Of a stretch of DNA of 63,539 bases, positions 48,101 through 57,777 are shown piece after piece. Position numbers and translations under genes: made by a program. The notes below the pieces were generated by a model, which made no database searches, was not told the DNA's origin, and saw nothing but the letters and a program-made list of their open reading frames with translations. Origin of the DNA: Alistipes sp. (GTDB lineage Bacteria > Bacteroidota > Bacteroidia > Bacteroidales > Rikenellaceae); the NCBI RefSeq assembly GCF_021204515.1, contig NZ_JAJPZH010000037.1, one strand, 5' to 3'. Position 1 is the first letter of the stretch. Every line of letters begins with the position of its first letter.

Positions 48101-49197
48101 AGATGCAGTCCGATATTTTCAAGGTTTTCTACCGCGCCGGCGACCACAAGACCGGCACGGGGCTGGGACTGCCGCTGGCCCGTCTGCTGGCCGAGAAACA
48201 CGGCGGCACGCTGCGGCTGCTCCCTTCGGAGCGGGGTGCGAAGTTCGAAATCGTGATTCTGCAGAACGAAGCCGCCGAGCAGGTTCCGGCGCCGCTTTCC
48301 GGGACGATTCTCCCGGGTGCGGCCGTTTCCTCCGCTCCCGTCGCTCCTGCCGCGGCCGCTGCGAAGCCCGCTCCTGCGGAGACGGAGAAGGATGCGCAGA
48401 CCGTCGTGCTCGTTGTCGAGGACAACGACGAACTGCGCGGCGTCGTTGCGGACATCGTTTCGGGCAGCTACGGCGTGCTGACGGCACGTACCGGCCGCGA
48501 GGCGCTGGAAGTGCTCGCCGCCGAGACGGTCGATCTGATCGTCAGCGACTTGATGATGCCCGAAATGGACGGCTACGAACTGTGCGAATTCGTCAAGTCG
48601 GATATGCGTTACAGCCATATTCCGGTGATCCAGCTGACGGCGAAGGCATCGGTCGAGGACCGTATCAAAGGGCTGGAAAACGGCGCCGACGCCTATATTG
48701 AGAAACCCTTCTCGTCGGATCACCTGCTGGTCCAGATCCGCAATATTATGGACAACCGCCGCCGTCTGCGGGCAGCCTACGGCGCGCTTCCCCAGATGGG
48801 AAGTTCCCATATCGCGGGCGCTTCGCGCAAGGACAGCGAATTCATGGAGAAGCTCAATTCCGAGATTCTGGCCAATATCGGCAACGAGAATTTCTATATC
48901 GAGAGTCTGGCCGAGAATATGTATATGAGCCGTTCGAACTTCTACCGCAAGGTAAAAGCGCTGCTGGGCGTCTCTCCCAACGAATACCTGCGTACGTTCC
49001 GGCTCGAACAGGCCGCTTCGCTGCTCCGCACCGGCGAATATGCCGTCAGCGATATCTACATGCACGTCGGATTCAGTTCGATCTCCTATTTCTCTTCCTG
49101 TTTCAAGAAACACTTCGGCGTGGCTCCGACCAAATATATCGAGGACCATGCGCAGCCGGCCGGTCCGGATTCCGGCGATGCCGTTGCAGGGGAGTGA
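45160..49197 (+). CDS. hybrid two-component system sensor/regulator (HTCS)
   Basis: Reg_prop propeller repeats, Y_Y_Y domain, TM, HEIRTPL HisKA, HATPase GTGLGL, REC (SDLMMPEMDG), C-terminal AraC HTH. Confidence 0.95.
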   Translation: MLKRGRVIVLTVLMLFCWAYGRAERFAFLKYEVDDGLSNNTVRCVVQDSLGFMWFGTADGLTRFDGRHYRCYYGGDGPAALGNSAVYSLYVDAGGFVWVGTGSGVYIYDPGRDAFRRFTLETEDRVPVSSRVNTIAGGDGGRIWIGTQGQGVFVCDPAAGTLRQSSRHASMVSVIRRMSDGGMLIGSEVGTLSLFTAQGDFVRTLFSDTDFGDIRNAEISALYVRGDALWFGMGVRGFWELAPGGPVRSYAPGDASGTFDVRALYPFSERELLVGTNSGLFLFDTVGKTFTQAADASTPFGTYHHSVNDICRDREGGIWIATEYGGVHYLPRHLKTFEQYLSVNSPETRGGMIVTGFCEDKGRNVWVGTVDGGLFCFHAPTGEQVPLPKIPYIANIRCLMLDGPRLWVGTAADGLYIVDTRTGAVENHRHKRYDSSTIGDNCVTALLRDRKGRIYVGTAWGLNRYDRATGRFLQEARANNQANVSDIIEDRRGNIWIATRNIGVFRYTPEQDAWRKFAYNSSQPESLRSNSVVTLFEDRRGRIWFGTENGLCYFSYKTNAFVRFDPEGLGPNSQMIAGIEQDRSGRLWVSGNTGISCIDMPACRVVNRFGRVDGLQSNQFNPRACFKSKGGKLFFGGVNGFNVFNPDRFQDNDRRPEVRLTNLYVNSREVTVGGEDSPLERAVYETQRVRLRYFQNSVGFDYAAFSYQSPRKNRYRYRLAGWDSDWIEAGSRTQASYSNLPPGKYRFEVTGSNNDGIWSDLPAAVDLTIVPPFYRTTAAYIFYVLLFAAALVQFLVMQNRRHHRRLREYAAEQEKATYRAKIEFFTNLAHEIRTPLTLIKAPLESIVKSGDGNIQTRNYLEIMNRNVVNLLNLINQLLDFRKMEEINYSLQLASCDVTALVQDICIRFRAAVETSGLQLETHLPDGPVIFNIDRDAMTKIVNNVLVNAVKYASSQVVVSLTQEPGTFRIVIADDGPGVDSKMQSDIFKVFYRAGDHKTGTGLGLPLARLLAEKHGGTLRLLPSERGAKFEIVILQNEAAEQVPAPLSGTILPGAAVSSAPVAPAAAAAKPAPAETEKDAQTVVLVVEDNDELRGVVADIVSGSYGVLTARTGREALEVLAAETVDLIVSDLMMPEMDGYELCEFVKSDMRYSHIPVIQLTAKASVEDRIKGLENGADAYIEKPFSSDHLLVQIRNIMDNRRRLRAAYGALPQMGSSHIAGASRKDSEFMEKLNSEILANIGNENFYIESLAENMYMSRSNFYRKVKALLGVSPNEYLRTFRLEQAASLLRTGEYAVSDIYMHVGFSSISYFSSCFKKHFGVAPTKYIEDHAQPAGPDSGDAVAGE

Positions 49198-49270
49198 TTC
49201 TGCGCTTTACCTCCGTAGGAACTCTGCCCGGAAATGATTCCGTTCCGGTGTTTGATTTCTCCCGGAAACT

Positions 49271-49306
49271 AAAAACGAGAGCGGCGTCCGCAAAGGACGC
49301 CGCTCT
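49271..49306 (-). terminator. intrinsic terminator of the susCD operon (possibly bidirectional)
   Basis: Perfect 12-bp stem agagcggcgtcc/ggacgccgctct between convergent genes; T-run on the minus strand. Confidence 0.78.
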
Positions 49307-49327
49307 GTCGTTTCGGTATGACCGCCG

Positions 49328-51574
49328 TTATTGCGCGGGCTCTCCGGATTCCGGCTGTACGTAGGGATTTTTCTTCAGTTGCGGATAGGGGTATCCGGCG
49401 TCGCCGGCCTGCCACTCTTCCTCGGGCCATGCCGAGAAGGTCGAGAAGTCCTTCATCGCCGCATCGTCTTTTGCTTCGAAGCCGGTCGTGATCGTGACGG
49501 GCGCGCCCGTTTGGGCCGTCGTGTTCAGGTAGAAGCATTCTTCGATGACCGTGTCGTAATTCTGCGTTTGGGCCGACTGTCCGATAAGTCCCGCGCCGTT
49601 CGTGATCGCACCGACGTTGTAGCAATTCACGATCATCCGGGGCGAAGCGGCTTTGGGGATGATGTAGGCGATTATTCCGCCCGCCTGATTCGCCGCCTTG
49701 GCGGCTCCGGTGTTGTAACAGTTCGCAATATAGACCTGCGGGTTGGACAGCGTGCCGCCGATTCCGCCTGCCGATGCGCCCGATGTGGTTACCGATCCGG
49801 CGTTCCAGCAGCCTGTGACGTACGAAGAAGCTTTGGCCGAACTCAGGCCGCGGCCGTAAATGCCGCCGCACTCTTTGGTGCCCGTTACCGTTCCGAGGTT
49901 GTAGGAGTAGCGGATGGTCATGCCTACTGCGAGCGTGCCGCAAATACCTCCCGCCCAGTTGGCGCCTGTCACCGTGCCGGTGTTGTAGCAGTATTCGAGA
50001 ACGGTCTCTATGCCGTTGGTCGCCTGCCCCAGAATACCGCCCGTGTTGTTGTTCGATCCGAATACGCTGCAGCCTTCGTTGCCGCAGCGGGCGATGTAGG
50101 TATAGGACTCCGCATCGCCGAGCAGACTGCCCACGCGGGCGCCCGCATTGCGGACTTCGCCGCCCGATACGACGCAGCCGGTGACCGAGCCGTACTGGTT
50201 CAGCAGGCCGAGCAGCGCTCCGCAGCCGCCGACTTCGGTCGATGCGCGTTCGACGTAGGGCGATACGATCCGGATATTCTGCAGCGAGACCTGTTTTGCC
50301 TCGGTTCCGATCGCCGTCTGCGAGAAGAGTCCCACGGTCTGCGCCCCGAGCGTAGCGCTGTTGATGATCCGCAGTCCGCTGATCGAGTGTCCGCCGCCGT
50401 CGTACGTTCCGGCGAAATCGGCGATCGGCGTGAAGTTGCCGTTGGTTTCGAGCTGGTCGTCGTCCCGGCCTGCGAGGTCTATGTCGGCCGTTTGCACGAA
50501 GTAACCGGAAAGCATGTAGCGGACGTTGCCCAGATGACGCGGCGAGCTGATCCTGAACGGAGACGCTGCATCCGATCCGTCGCCGCTTTCGTTGTCGAAC
50601 ATCGGATGGAGCCGGATCGTTTCGCTTTGCGTATCGTAGGCCTCTTCTGCCGTCAGGGCTTTGACATAAATATCCAGCAGCTTGGTGCTGTTGCTGATGC
50701 CGTCGCTGCTGGCGGGCAGGAACAGATAGGCGGTGTCCTGCTCCTGAAGCGTAACTTCGCCTACCGGAGTCGAGCCGCCCGCTTCGAGGGCGATGACCCT
50801 GTAACTCGTGGCTCCGAGCAGTTTCTTCCATTTCAGGCTGAGCGTGTCGGCATCCTCGACCCGTACGACGAATTCGTCCATCGCGCTCTTCTGCGTTACG
50901 GTCAGCTCGTCCGAAATCGTATATTCGCCGGTTTCATCCAGCCCGGTTTTGAAAATGACCGTCGCGGGCCGTTCTGCGCCGGTTCCGTTCGTGGAGCAGC
51001 CGATCGAAACGGTCGAAGGTCCCGTTCCTTCGGTTTCGGAGAGGTAGAACCACTCTCCGCCTTCGGTGATTTCGGCGATCCAATCCTCTCCTTCGGGAGC
51101 GTTGACCGTCAGCTGCTGCGTGGAGCGCACCATGGCCATTACCGTCGAATTCATGCTCAGCAGGGGCGTGCCCTCCTGCGCAATGGTTATCGTTCGGCTG
51201 ATTTTATCGCTGCATGCGACGGTGATCGTCGCTTCGCGCGGGCGGATCGTGGTATGGGCCATCACGCGGATCATCATGCGCGAATTGCCGCGGTTGCTCG
51301 GGGGATTGACCGTGCACCACAACTTCGCCTCCTCATTGACCGTGGCGGTCCATGCGGTATTGGAATTGACGCGCAGCGTGATGTATTCGCCCTGATAGAC
51401 GGCCGATACCTCTTCGACGGGCTGTTCGGCGGTATCGACGATCTCTACATAGGGATTTTTTACCGTGTTGTCCGGCTCTTCGAACCAGTCGAGTTCCTCG
51501 TTGCAGGAAGTCAGCGGGGCCGCGAGCAGGAACAGGAGCAGATATTTCAGGCTGTTGGGTTTCATAATATTCAT
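49328..51574 (-). CDS. surface lipoprotein with BACON domains and a GLUG-like repeat region (SGBP position)
   Basis: LTSC lipobox; BACON-like VNSNTAW..REATITV and W..RPATVIF; GDGS..PFRI..TADIDL..YDGGGH; repeated CYN.G.V..GGI.G; alternative start 51565. Confidence 0.8.
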   Translation of the reverse strand: MNIMKPNSLKYLLLFLLAAPLTSCNEELDWFEEPDNTVKNPYVEIVDTAEQPVEEVSAVYQGEYITLRVNSNTAWTATVNEEAKLWCTVNPPSNRGNSRMMIRVMAHTTIRPREATITVACSDKISRTITIAQEGTPLLSMNSTVMAMVRSTQQLTVNAPEGEDWIAEITEGGEWFYLSETEGTGPSTVSIGCSTNGTGAERPATVIFKTGLDETGEYTISDELTVTQKSAMDEFVVRVEDADTLSLKWKKLLGATSYRVIALEAGGSTPVGEVTLQEQDTAYLFLPASSDGISNSTKLLDIYVKALTAEEAYDTQSETIRLHPMFDNESGDGSDAASPFRISSPRHLGNVRYMLSGYFVQTADIDLAGRDDDQLETNGNFTPIADFAGTYDGGGHSISGLRIINSATLGAQTVGLFSQTAIGTEAKQVSLQNIRIVSPYVERASTEVGGCGALLGLLNQYGSVTGCVVSGGEVRNAGARVGSLLGDAESYTYIARCGNEGCSVFGSNNNTGGILGQATNGIETVLEYCYNTGTVTGANWAGGICGTLAVGMTIRYSYNLGTVTGTKECGGIYGRGLSSAKASSYVTGCWNAGSVTTSGASAGGIGGTLSNPQVYIANCYNTGAAKAANQAGGIIAYIIPKAASPRMIVNCYNVGAITNGAGLIGQSAQTQNYDTVIEECFYLNTTAQTGAPVTITTGFEAKDDAAMKDFSTFSAWPEEEWQAGDAGYPYPQLKKNPYVQPESGEPAQ

Positions 51575-51586
51575 TGTTGGCGTTTT

Positions 51587-53395
51587 TTATTCTTCTTCTT
51601 CCGTGGGGGTGTCGTCCTCGATGTCGGCCGTCTTCCAACCCGGATTCTGCGGGTAATCCGCATTGTGGATGATGTTCATTTCGTACTGCGGGATGGGCAG
51701 CAATACGTGGTAGGGCAGCAGGTTGGTCTCGTACATGGTATAGGTGATGTCGCCTTCGACCATCCGCGCCCGTACTTCGGTGAAATCCGTGTCCGGTTTG
51801 GCCGGGTCGCTGTAATTGCGGTCCGTATAGGCCATGCGGTTGATCGTGCTGAACAGACGGCCCGTGCGCAGCAGGTCGGGCCGGCGGTGTCCCTCGAAGC
51901 AGAGTTCGCGCATGCGTTCGTCGAGAACCGCATCGACGAAATCATCGACCGAAGCGAAATTCGCCGCGGACCAGTCCGCGAGGTATTCCGGCACCTGCGC
52001 GTTGTCCAGTCTGGCCCGTGCACGCACCTTGTTGATCGCGTCGTAAGCCGTTGCATCGCCCAGATTGAGCATGCCGGCCGCTTCGCCGTAGATAAGCAGG
52101 ATGTCCGCATAACGGATCAGCGGGAAATTGACCGGACGGTTGAAACGGCCGAACGTCGATTGGTCGGGCGTCTTCATGGCGAACTTGGCGATCGTCCACT
52201 CTATGGTGCTGTTGGTGGCGTTCATCAGCTCCGGGATGTCGGCGTCGATATTGCCGCTGTAAACGTATTTGGCGCCGATCTTCCAGTGCGCGATGTTGTG
52301 TATGAAGCGCGTGTCTTCCGAGCGGATTTTCGTGACGTTTCCGTTCGTCTGGTCGAATGTCGTTTCGTCGGTATGCCCGTAGATATGCAGCGCCAGATAC
52401 GCCGTGGGACGCAGGTCGCCTCCGCCCGTGAGCGCGGATTTCATGAAGTACCACGGATTGTTGTTGCCGCCGGCCATCGGGCCGCCTTTCTGGGGATAGG
52501 TAGATCCGGTTCCTCCCACGACGAACGATACCTCGAAGAGGTTCTCCTTGTTGTATTTGTGATCGACCGAGAAAATGTCGCGGTAGTTCTCCATCAGCCC
52601 GACCAGACCCGTCTGATCGGCGTAATCCATCACCGCCTTGGCGTTCTCTTTCGCCAGCCGGTAATAGGTCGCCGGGTCGAAACTTTCGTATCCGGCCACT
52701 CCGAACTGCGATCCCGACGCCATCGTCAGGTAGATTTTCGCGGCCAGTCCGTATGCGGCATAGAGACTGGCGCGCCCCTGCTGGGGTGCCGTTTCCGCCA
52801 GATAGCTCTTTGCGAATTCGATGTCCTCGACGATCTGTTCGTAGACTTCGGCTACCGAAGCCCGCTTGACGTCGGTGCGCACGACCTCGTTGAACGACGG
52901 CTCCACGATGTTCAGACGCACGCCGCCCCACATCTGCACGAGGTTGAAGTAGAACAGCGACCGCAGGAACGTCGTTTCGGCCTGAAGCTTTAGCTTTCCC
53001 TCTTCGGAAATGGCGTCGCCGGCCATTTTGCCGATCTTGTGGTAGGTGTCGTTGCAGCGGTAAATGCCTTTGTAGAGGTTGGTCCAGACGGACTGGATGT
53101 TCTTGTCGCCGGCCGTAAGCGAATAGTTGCTCAGGCGTGTGCGCGAGGACTGCGGCGCGCGGTCGATCATTTCGTCCGTTCCGACCGAGTTGAGCGTCTG
53201 CAGCAGCCAGCCGTAGAGGTCGTCGTGAAGTACCGAATAGCAGTTCTTGACGGACATTTCGGCTTCGCTGTAGTTCTTGAATATCTTTTCCGTATTCACT
53301 TCGGAATACATCTTCTCCTCGAGGAATTTTTCGCACGAGACGAGCGGCATGGCTGTAATTGCCGTGAACAACAAAATCAGTATCTTGCTTTTCAT
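51587..53395 (-). CDS. susD: SusD/RagB family lipoprotein
   Basis: LVSC lipobox; FLRSLFYFNLVQMWGGV, IRYADILL, ERMRELCFEGHR, QNPGW. Confidence 0.93.
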   Translation of the reverse strand: MKSKILILLFTAITAMPLVSCEKFLEEKMYSEVNTEKIFKNYSEAEMSVKNCYSVLHDDLYGWLLQTLNSVGTDEMIDRAPQSSRTRLSNYSLTAGDKNIQSVWTNLYKGIYRCNDTYHKIGKMAGDAISEEGKLKLQAETTFLRSLFYFNLVQMWGGVRLNIVEPSFNEVVRTDVKRASVAEVYEQIVEDIEFAKSYLAETAPQQGRASLYAAYGLAAKIYLTMASGSQFGVAGYESFDPATYYRLAKENAKAVMDYADQTGLVGLMENYRDIFSVDHKYNKENLFEVSFVVGGTGSTYPQKGGPMAGGNNNPWYFMKSALTGGGDLRPTAYLALHIYGHTDETTFDQTNGNVTKIRSEDTRFIHNIAHWKIGAKYVYSGNIDADIPELMNATNSTIEWTIAKFAMKTPDQSTFGRFNRPVNFPLIRYADILLIYGEAAGMLNLGDATAYDAINKVRARARLDNAQVPEYLADWSAANFASVDDFVDAVLDERMRELCFEGHRRPDLLRTGRLFSTINRMAYTDRNYSDPAKPDTDFTEVRARMVEGDITYTMYETNLLPYHVLLPIPQYEMNIIHNADYPQNPGWKTADIEDDTPTEEEE

Positions 53396-53407
53396 AGGGT
53401 TGTCGGA

Positions 53408-56400
53408 TTAAAAGTTGAAGTTAAGGCCGCAGGTAATCATTTTGCTGCGCGGATAAGCGTCGAAGTCGTATCCGGCGACGATGGAGCCTGCTCCCTGCGA
53501 GCTCATGCTCACTTCGGGGTCGCTTCCCGTATAGTCGGTCCAGAGCCAGAGGTTCTGTCCCGAAAGATAGACACTGGCATTGCGGATGCCGATCTTCTTG
53601 CAGAATTTGGCGGGCAGCTGGTACGTGAGCTTGATATTGCTCAGACGCAGGAACGAACCGTCTTCCAAGTAGGTGTCCTGCAGGTTGTAGGTGCTCGTGT
53701 ATCCGGCGCGCGGAAGCTGGGCGTCGGGGTTGCCCGTCCCCGGCACGGCGATCGGCTGGCCGTTTTCGAGAATCACGTTTCCGGCGCCGTCGGTCTCCCA
53801 GTCGGGACCCACCCAGCGGTTGGTCATCGTGCGCATGCCGTTGGTGGACGTACTCATGTTTTCGCAGAAAACGCGCGTGGCGTTGAGCAGCTTGCCGCCG
53901 TAACTGTACTGGAACAGCAGCCGCAGACTCAGCGGGCCGTAGGAGAGCGTGGTGCCGAAGCCGCCGTAGAAGTCGGGATTGGCGTTGCCCAGAATCACGC
54001 GGTCGTCTTCGTTGATGACGTTGTCGCCGTTTTGGTCGATGTATTTCCAGTCTCCGGCCGCCGGGGTGTTGCCCATGACCGACTTGATGTGGTTCAGGTC
54101 CTCGTCCCCGTACTGGAAGAATCCGTCGGTCTTGTATCCGTACCACGTGCCCAGCGGTTCTCCCACCTGTACGATGATCTGGTCCTTTGCCGAGTTGCGG
54201 TAATTCACCGTGCGATAGAAGTTGTTGGTCGTGCCGAGCGAAAGCACTTTGTTGGCGTTGGTGGCGATATTGAAGTCCATGGTCCAGCCCACTTTACGGC
54301 TTCCGCTGCGGAGGATTTCGGCGTAGACGCTCGCTTCGAATCCCCGGTTGCGTATGCGGCCCAGATTCATCAGCTGCGAGGTGTTGCCGCTGCCCGACGG
54401 GGCTACGGGGACATTGAGCAGCAGGTCCTTGGAGATTTTGTAGTAGTAATCCAGCACCAGCGAGATTCTGTTTTTCAGGAACGATATTTCAATACCTGCG
54501 TCGAATTGCGTGGTCGTCTCCCACGAGAGGTTCTCATTGGCGATATTGGTGAGGTAGAAACCCTTGTCCACGGCGTCGCCGAAATTGACCGATCCGATTC
54601 CGTACGTCTGCATCGACTTGTAGAGACCGATGGCCTGATTACCGGTCTGGCCCCAGCTGGTGCGGACTTTGAGGTTCGAAATCACGCGGCTGTTTTTGAG
54701 GAACTTCTCCTCCGACACGCGCCATGCCAGCGCTCCCGAGGGAAAATAGCCCCACTTGGCGCCTTTGGCGAAGCGCGACGAACCGTCGGCGCGGAGCGAC
54801 GCCGTCACGAGGTACTTGCCTTTGTAGTTGTAGTTGATACGCGCCAGCGCCGACATGATGCTCCACTCCTGCATGTAGGAACTCGGAGCCTGCAGGTCGG
54901 TTCCTGCGCCGATGTTGCCCAGTCCCAGACCTTCGTAGGGGAAGTAGCGGGCGTTGGCCACCACGCGTTCCATTTTGTTGTTTTCGAACGTGAGACCCGC
55001 CATGACGTTGAGGCTGTGTTTGCCGAATTTGCGGTCGTAGGTCAGTGTGTTCTCGTTCAGCAGGTCCACCATGTCGATACTTCCCACCCGGGCGCGTCCG
55101 TGGCTCTGGCGGCCGGGACCGGAATTGTAGCCGTAAAACTGGCTCTGCTTGACGTTGTTCACCTTGGCGGCGAACGATGAGCGGAGCGTCAGGTATTTCA
55201 TCGGACGGATGGTCAGCGCCGTCATCACATTGAGGCCTTTGCTGATCTTCTCCAGCACCGAGTTCTCGATCAGCGAGAGCGGATTGCTGATCTGTACCAC
55301 CTCCTCGGCGTCGAGGTCTTCGTCGTCGCTGTTGTCGTACCGCGATTTATTGGGGCTGTACGAGAGCGTTTTGATAAACAGACCGGTGTCGTTGCCCACG
55401 CCCGACGCCTGCGTCAGGCCGTTGTGTTCGTTCCAGTTGGCCGAGGCATTGACGTTGATGCTGAGCCACTTCTTGATTTCGTGATCCATGTTGATACGCC
55501 CGGTGATGCGCGACAGGTCGGTGTTCTCCACCACGCCCCACATCTTGTAATAGTTGAGCGTGGCGATGTACTTCGACTTCTCCGAGCCGCCCGTAAGGGT
55601 GACCTGATGGTTGTGCGTCAGACCGATGCGCGTGATTTCGTCCTGCCAGTTGGTGTTGTTCTGTTTGCGCCAGTCCACCCGGTTGGTCAGGCTGTCGAGT
55701 CCCTTCATGTAATTGTTCCAGCGGGTTTCGTCGTACAGGTTGTTGCCCACGACCGTAGCGGGGTAGCGTTTCTTCTCGTTGTTGAAGAGCTGCAGCTCCT
55801 TGTTCGACATCACCTCGTATTCGGTGGGGCGGACCGCAACCGTCACATACCCCGAATAGGAGACCTTCATGGCGCCCTTCTGAGCCTGCTTGGTGGTGAT
55901 GAGCACCACGCCGTTGGCGCCGCGCGAACCGTAGATGGCCGTTGCCGAAGCGTCTTTGAGCACTTCGATCGACTCGATGTCCTCGGGGTTGAGTTCGGCC
56001 AGCGGACTGGTGTAGATACCCTGATTGCTTCCCGACAGCGAACCGATGTTCATTTCCGTCGCGTCTGCGATCATGGGGAATCCGTCGATGACATAAAGCG
56101 GTTCCGAGCTGGCGTTGATCGAGCTTCCGCCGCGGATGCGGATGCTGGCCGCAGCGCCCGGGGCGCCGTCCTGCGTCATCACCTGCACGCCCGCGATACG
56201 GCCTTTGAGCAGGTCCTCGACCGTGGTTCCGGCGCGTCCCTCGACATCCTCGCCCGAAAGGCTCTGCACCGATCCCGTGACGTCGCTGCGTTTGGCGTGT
56301 CCGTAACCGATGTTCACGACCACCTCGTCGATCATCTGCGAATCCTCGACGAGTTTGATTTCGATCCGCGTTTTGCTGCGGATTTCTACTGTCTGGGCCT

Positions 56401-56644
56401 TGTAGCCCAGAAATGAGACGTACAGCAGGTTTCTTCCTTTGGGTACGTCGAGCGAGAACTGTCCCTTGCTGTCGGTGGTCGTGCCGCGCTGCGTGCCGTC
56501 CACCAGTACGGTCGCGCCGGCGATGGGTTGGGAGTCGGAGGCCGCGATGACCGTTCCGGTGACTTTCGTGGGCTGGGCGTACGCCGCGATCGAGAACAGG
56601 GCGAAGAGCGCCGGCAACAAAAGTCTTACGTAGATTTTTGTCAT
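53408..56644 (-). CDS. susC: SusC/RagA TonB-dependent transporter
   Basis: IRIRGGSS, PLYVIDG, IEVLKDASATAIYGSRGANGVVLITTK, LSWETT, DGSFLRL, C-terminal F. Confidence 0.96.
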   Translation of the reverse strand: MTKIYVRLLLPALFALFSIAAYAQPTKVTGTVIAASDSQPIAGATVLVDGTQRGTTTDSKGQFSLDVPKGRNLLYVSFLGYKAQTVEIRSKTRIEIKLVEDSQMIDEVVVNIGYGHAKRSDVTGSVQSLSGEDVEGRAGTTVEDLLKGRIAGVQVMTQDGAPGAAASIRIRGGSSINASSEPLYVIDGFPMIADATEMNIGSLSGSNQGIYTSPLAELNPEDIESIEVLKDASATAIYGSRGANGVVLITTKQAQKGAMKVSYSGYVTVAVRPTEYEVMSNKELQLFNNEKKRYPATVVGNNLYDETRWNNYMKGLDSLTNRVDWRKQNNTNWQDEITRIGLTHNHQVTLTGGSEKSKYIATLNYYKMWGVVENTDLSRITGRINMDHEIKKWLSINVNASANWNEHNGLTQASGVGNDTGLFIKTLSYSPNKSRYDNSDDEDLDAEEVVQISNPLSLIENSVLEKISKGLNVMTALTIRPMKYLTLRSSFAAKVNNVKQSQFYGYNSGPGRQSHGRARVGSIDMVDLLNENTLTYDRKFGKHSLNVMAGLTFENNKMERVVANARYFPYEGLGLGNIGAGTDLQAPSSYMQEWSIMSALARINYNYKGKYLVTASLRADGSSRFAKGAKWGYFPSGALAWRVSEEKFLKNSRVISNLKVRTSWGQTGNQAIGLYKSMQTYGIGSVNFGDAVDKGFYLTNIANENLSWETTTQFDAGIEISFLKNRISLVLDYYYKISKDLLLNVPVAPSGSGNTSQLMNLGRIRNRGFEASVYAEILRSGSRKVGWTMDFNIATNANKVLSLGTTNNFYRTVNYRNSAKDQIIVQVGEPLGTWYGYKTDGFFQYGDEDLNHIKSVMGNTPAAGDWKYIDQNGDNVINEDDRVILGNANPDFYGGFGTTLSYGPLSLRLLFQYSYGGKLLNATRVFCENMSTSTNGMRTMTNRWVGPDWETDGAGNVILENGQPIAVPGTGNPDAQLPRAGYTSTYNLQDTYLEDGSFLRLSNIKLTYQLPAKFCKKIGIRNASVYLSGQNLWLWTDYTGSDPEVSMSSQGAGSIVAGYDFDAYPRSKMITCGLNFNF

Positions 56645-56670
56645 GGAATTATGGAATTAAAGTAGTTAGG

Positions 56671-57777
56671 TTATTTGTCTGCCGTCCGTAGTCCCGAGGG
56701 TTTGGGCAGCGGAACGCCGCGGGCGACGGCTTCGCCGATTTCGGGCGCGCCGTCGTCGCCGAAAGCGATTTTTTGCATGTAAATCCCGAAGGAGGTGTTG
56801 CCGTGCATGTTGATTTCATTGCTCCGGGCCATATATACAAGGTAATACTCCGTGCTGTCGGGCGACGGAATGATGAAGGGATACCCCGGGCCGTAAATGT
56901 CCTCCTCGCGGTTCTGCGCCAGCACCGGCTTGGGCCGCTTGGTCCACGACGCCGGGTCGAGCAGATCGCTCCCCTTGGGGGCCGAGAGCTGCCCGATGGA
57001 GTAGTAGGGAGTCCAGCTGGCGCTGGCCGAATAATAGAGATAGGCTTTGTCCGTGCTGTCGTTGCAGAAGAAGAACGGCGACTCGTTCACCATCAGCGGA
57101 TAGGCGATGCGGGTGCTGCCGTCGGGGTTGATCCACTGGCATTCCCACTCGTATTCGGGTTTCGAGATCAGCATCCGCGGCGTGTCGAGCGTCCACGGGT
57201 TCTTCATGCGCGCGATGTAGAGACACTGCGTCTCGGCGAAGATGCGCCGGGTCTCCCACCCCGACCATGCCATGTACCACGCCCCTTCGTAGGGAAATAC
57301 GTGCGCATGGATGGCCCAGTTGTTCTCCGGATCGGTGCTGATACGGCCCTTCATGCGGAATTTTCCGCGCGTGGGGTCCGGCGATGGATTCTCCAGTACG
57401 TAGAGCTGATGATTGTCGGTATTGCCGTCGTCGGCCGCGAAGTAAATGTACCACGTACCGTCGATGGGCACGATCTGCGGGTGCCAGTGGTGGTGGAGGT
57501 TGTAATCCTTCGGCACGTCGCAGATCACGTGGCGTTCCTTGCCGTCGAAATCGGTCGGATCCTCCGAGACGTAGAGCAGCAGTTTGTCGCGGGTGTCCTG
57601 CAGATAATAGTAGAGTCCCTCGTGATAGGTGATCGAGGTGTTGCTGTTCTGGGTGTAGACCGGATTTGTGTAAACGGCGTCCGGCGCGGTTTTCTTAGCG
57701 GGTGCGAACCGGCAGGATTCCCCCCCCCACATGCACAGGACGGGGATTACGAGCCGGAGTATAGACGATCGGTTCAC
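56671..57777 (-). CDS. GH43-fold protein with degenerate catalytic residues, probable lipoprotein
   Basis: Colinear with 37375-38469 (ADDGNTDNH, ETQC.YIARM.NPWTL, PEYEWE) but GDPW is SNTS and SIDAS is AIHAH; GTG start inferred (alternative 57819). Confidence 0.82.
   Translation of the reverse strand: MNRSSILRLVIPVLCMWGGESCRFAPAKKTAPDAVYTNPVYTQNSNTSITYHEGLYYYLQDTRDKLLLYVSEDPTDFDGKERHVICDVPKDYNLHHHWHPQIVPIDGTWYIYFAADDGNTDNHQLYVLENPSPDPTRGKFRMKGRISTDPENNWAIHAHVFPYEGAWYMAWSGWETRRIFAETQCLYIARMKNPWTLDTPRMLISKPEYEWECQWINPDGSTRIAYPLMVNESPFFFCNDSTDKAYLYYSASASWTPYYSIGQLSAPKGSDLLDPASWTKRPKPVLAQNREEDIYGPGYPFIIPSPDSTEYYLVYMARSNEINMHGNTSFGIYMQKIAFGDDGAPEIGEAVARGVPLPKPSGLRTADK

Noticed and set aside
44653-49149. 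1498 aa minus-strand ORF
   Set aside because: Antisense to the HTCS; no recognisable domain
49331-52993. 1220 aa plus-strand ORF
   Set aside because: Antisense to susD and the surface lipoprotein; shadow ORF
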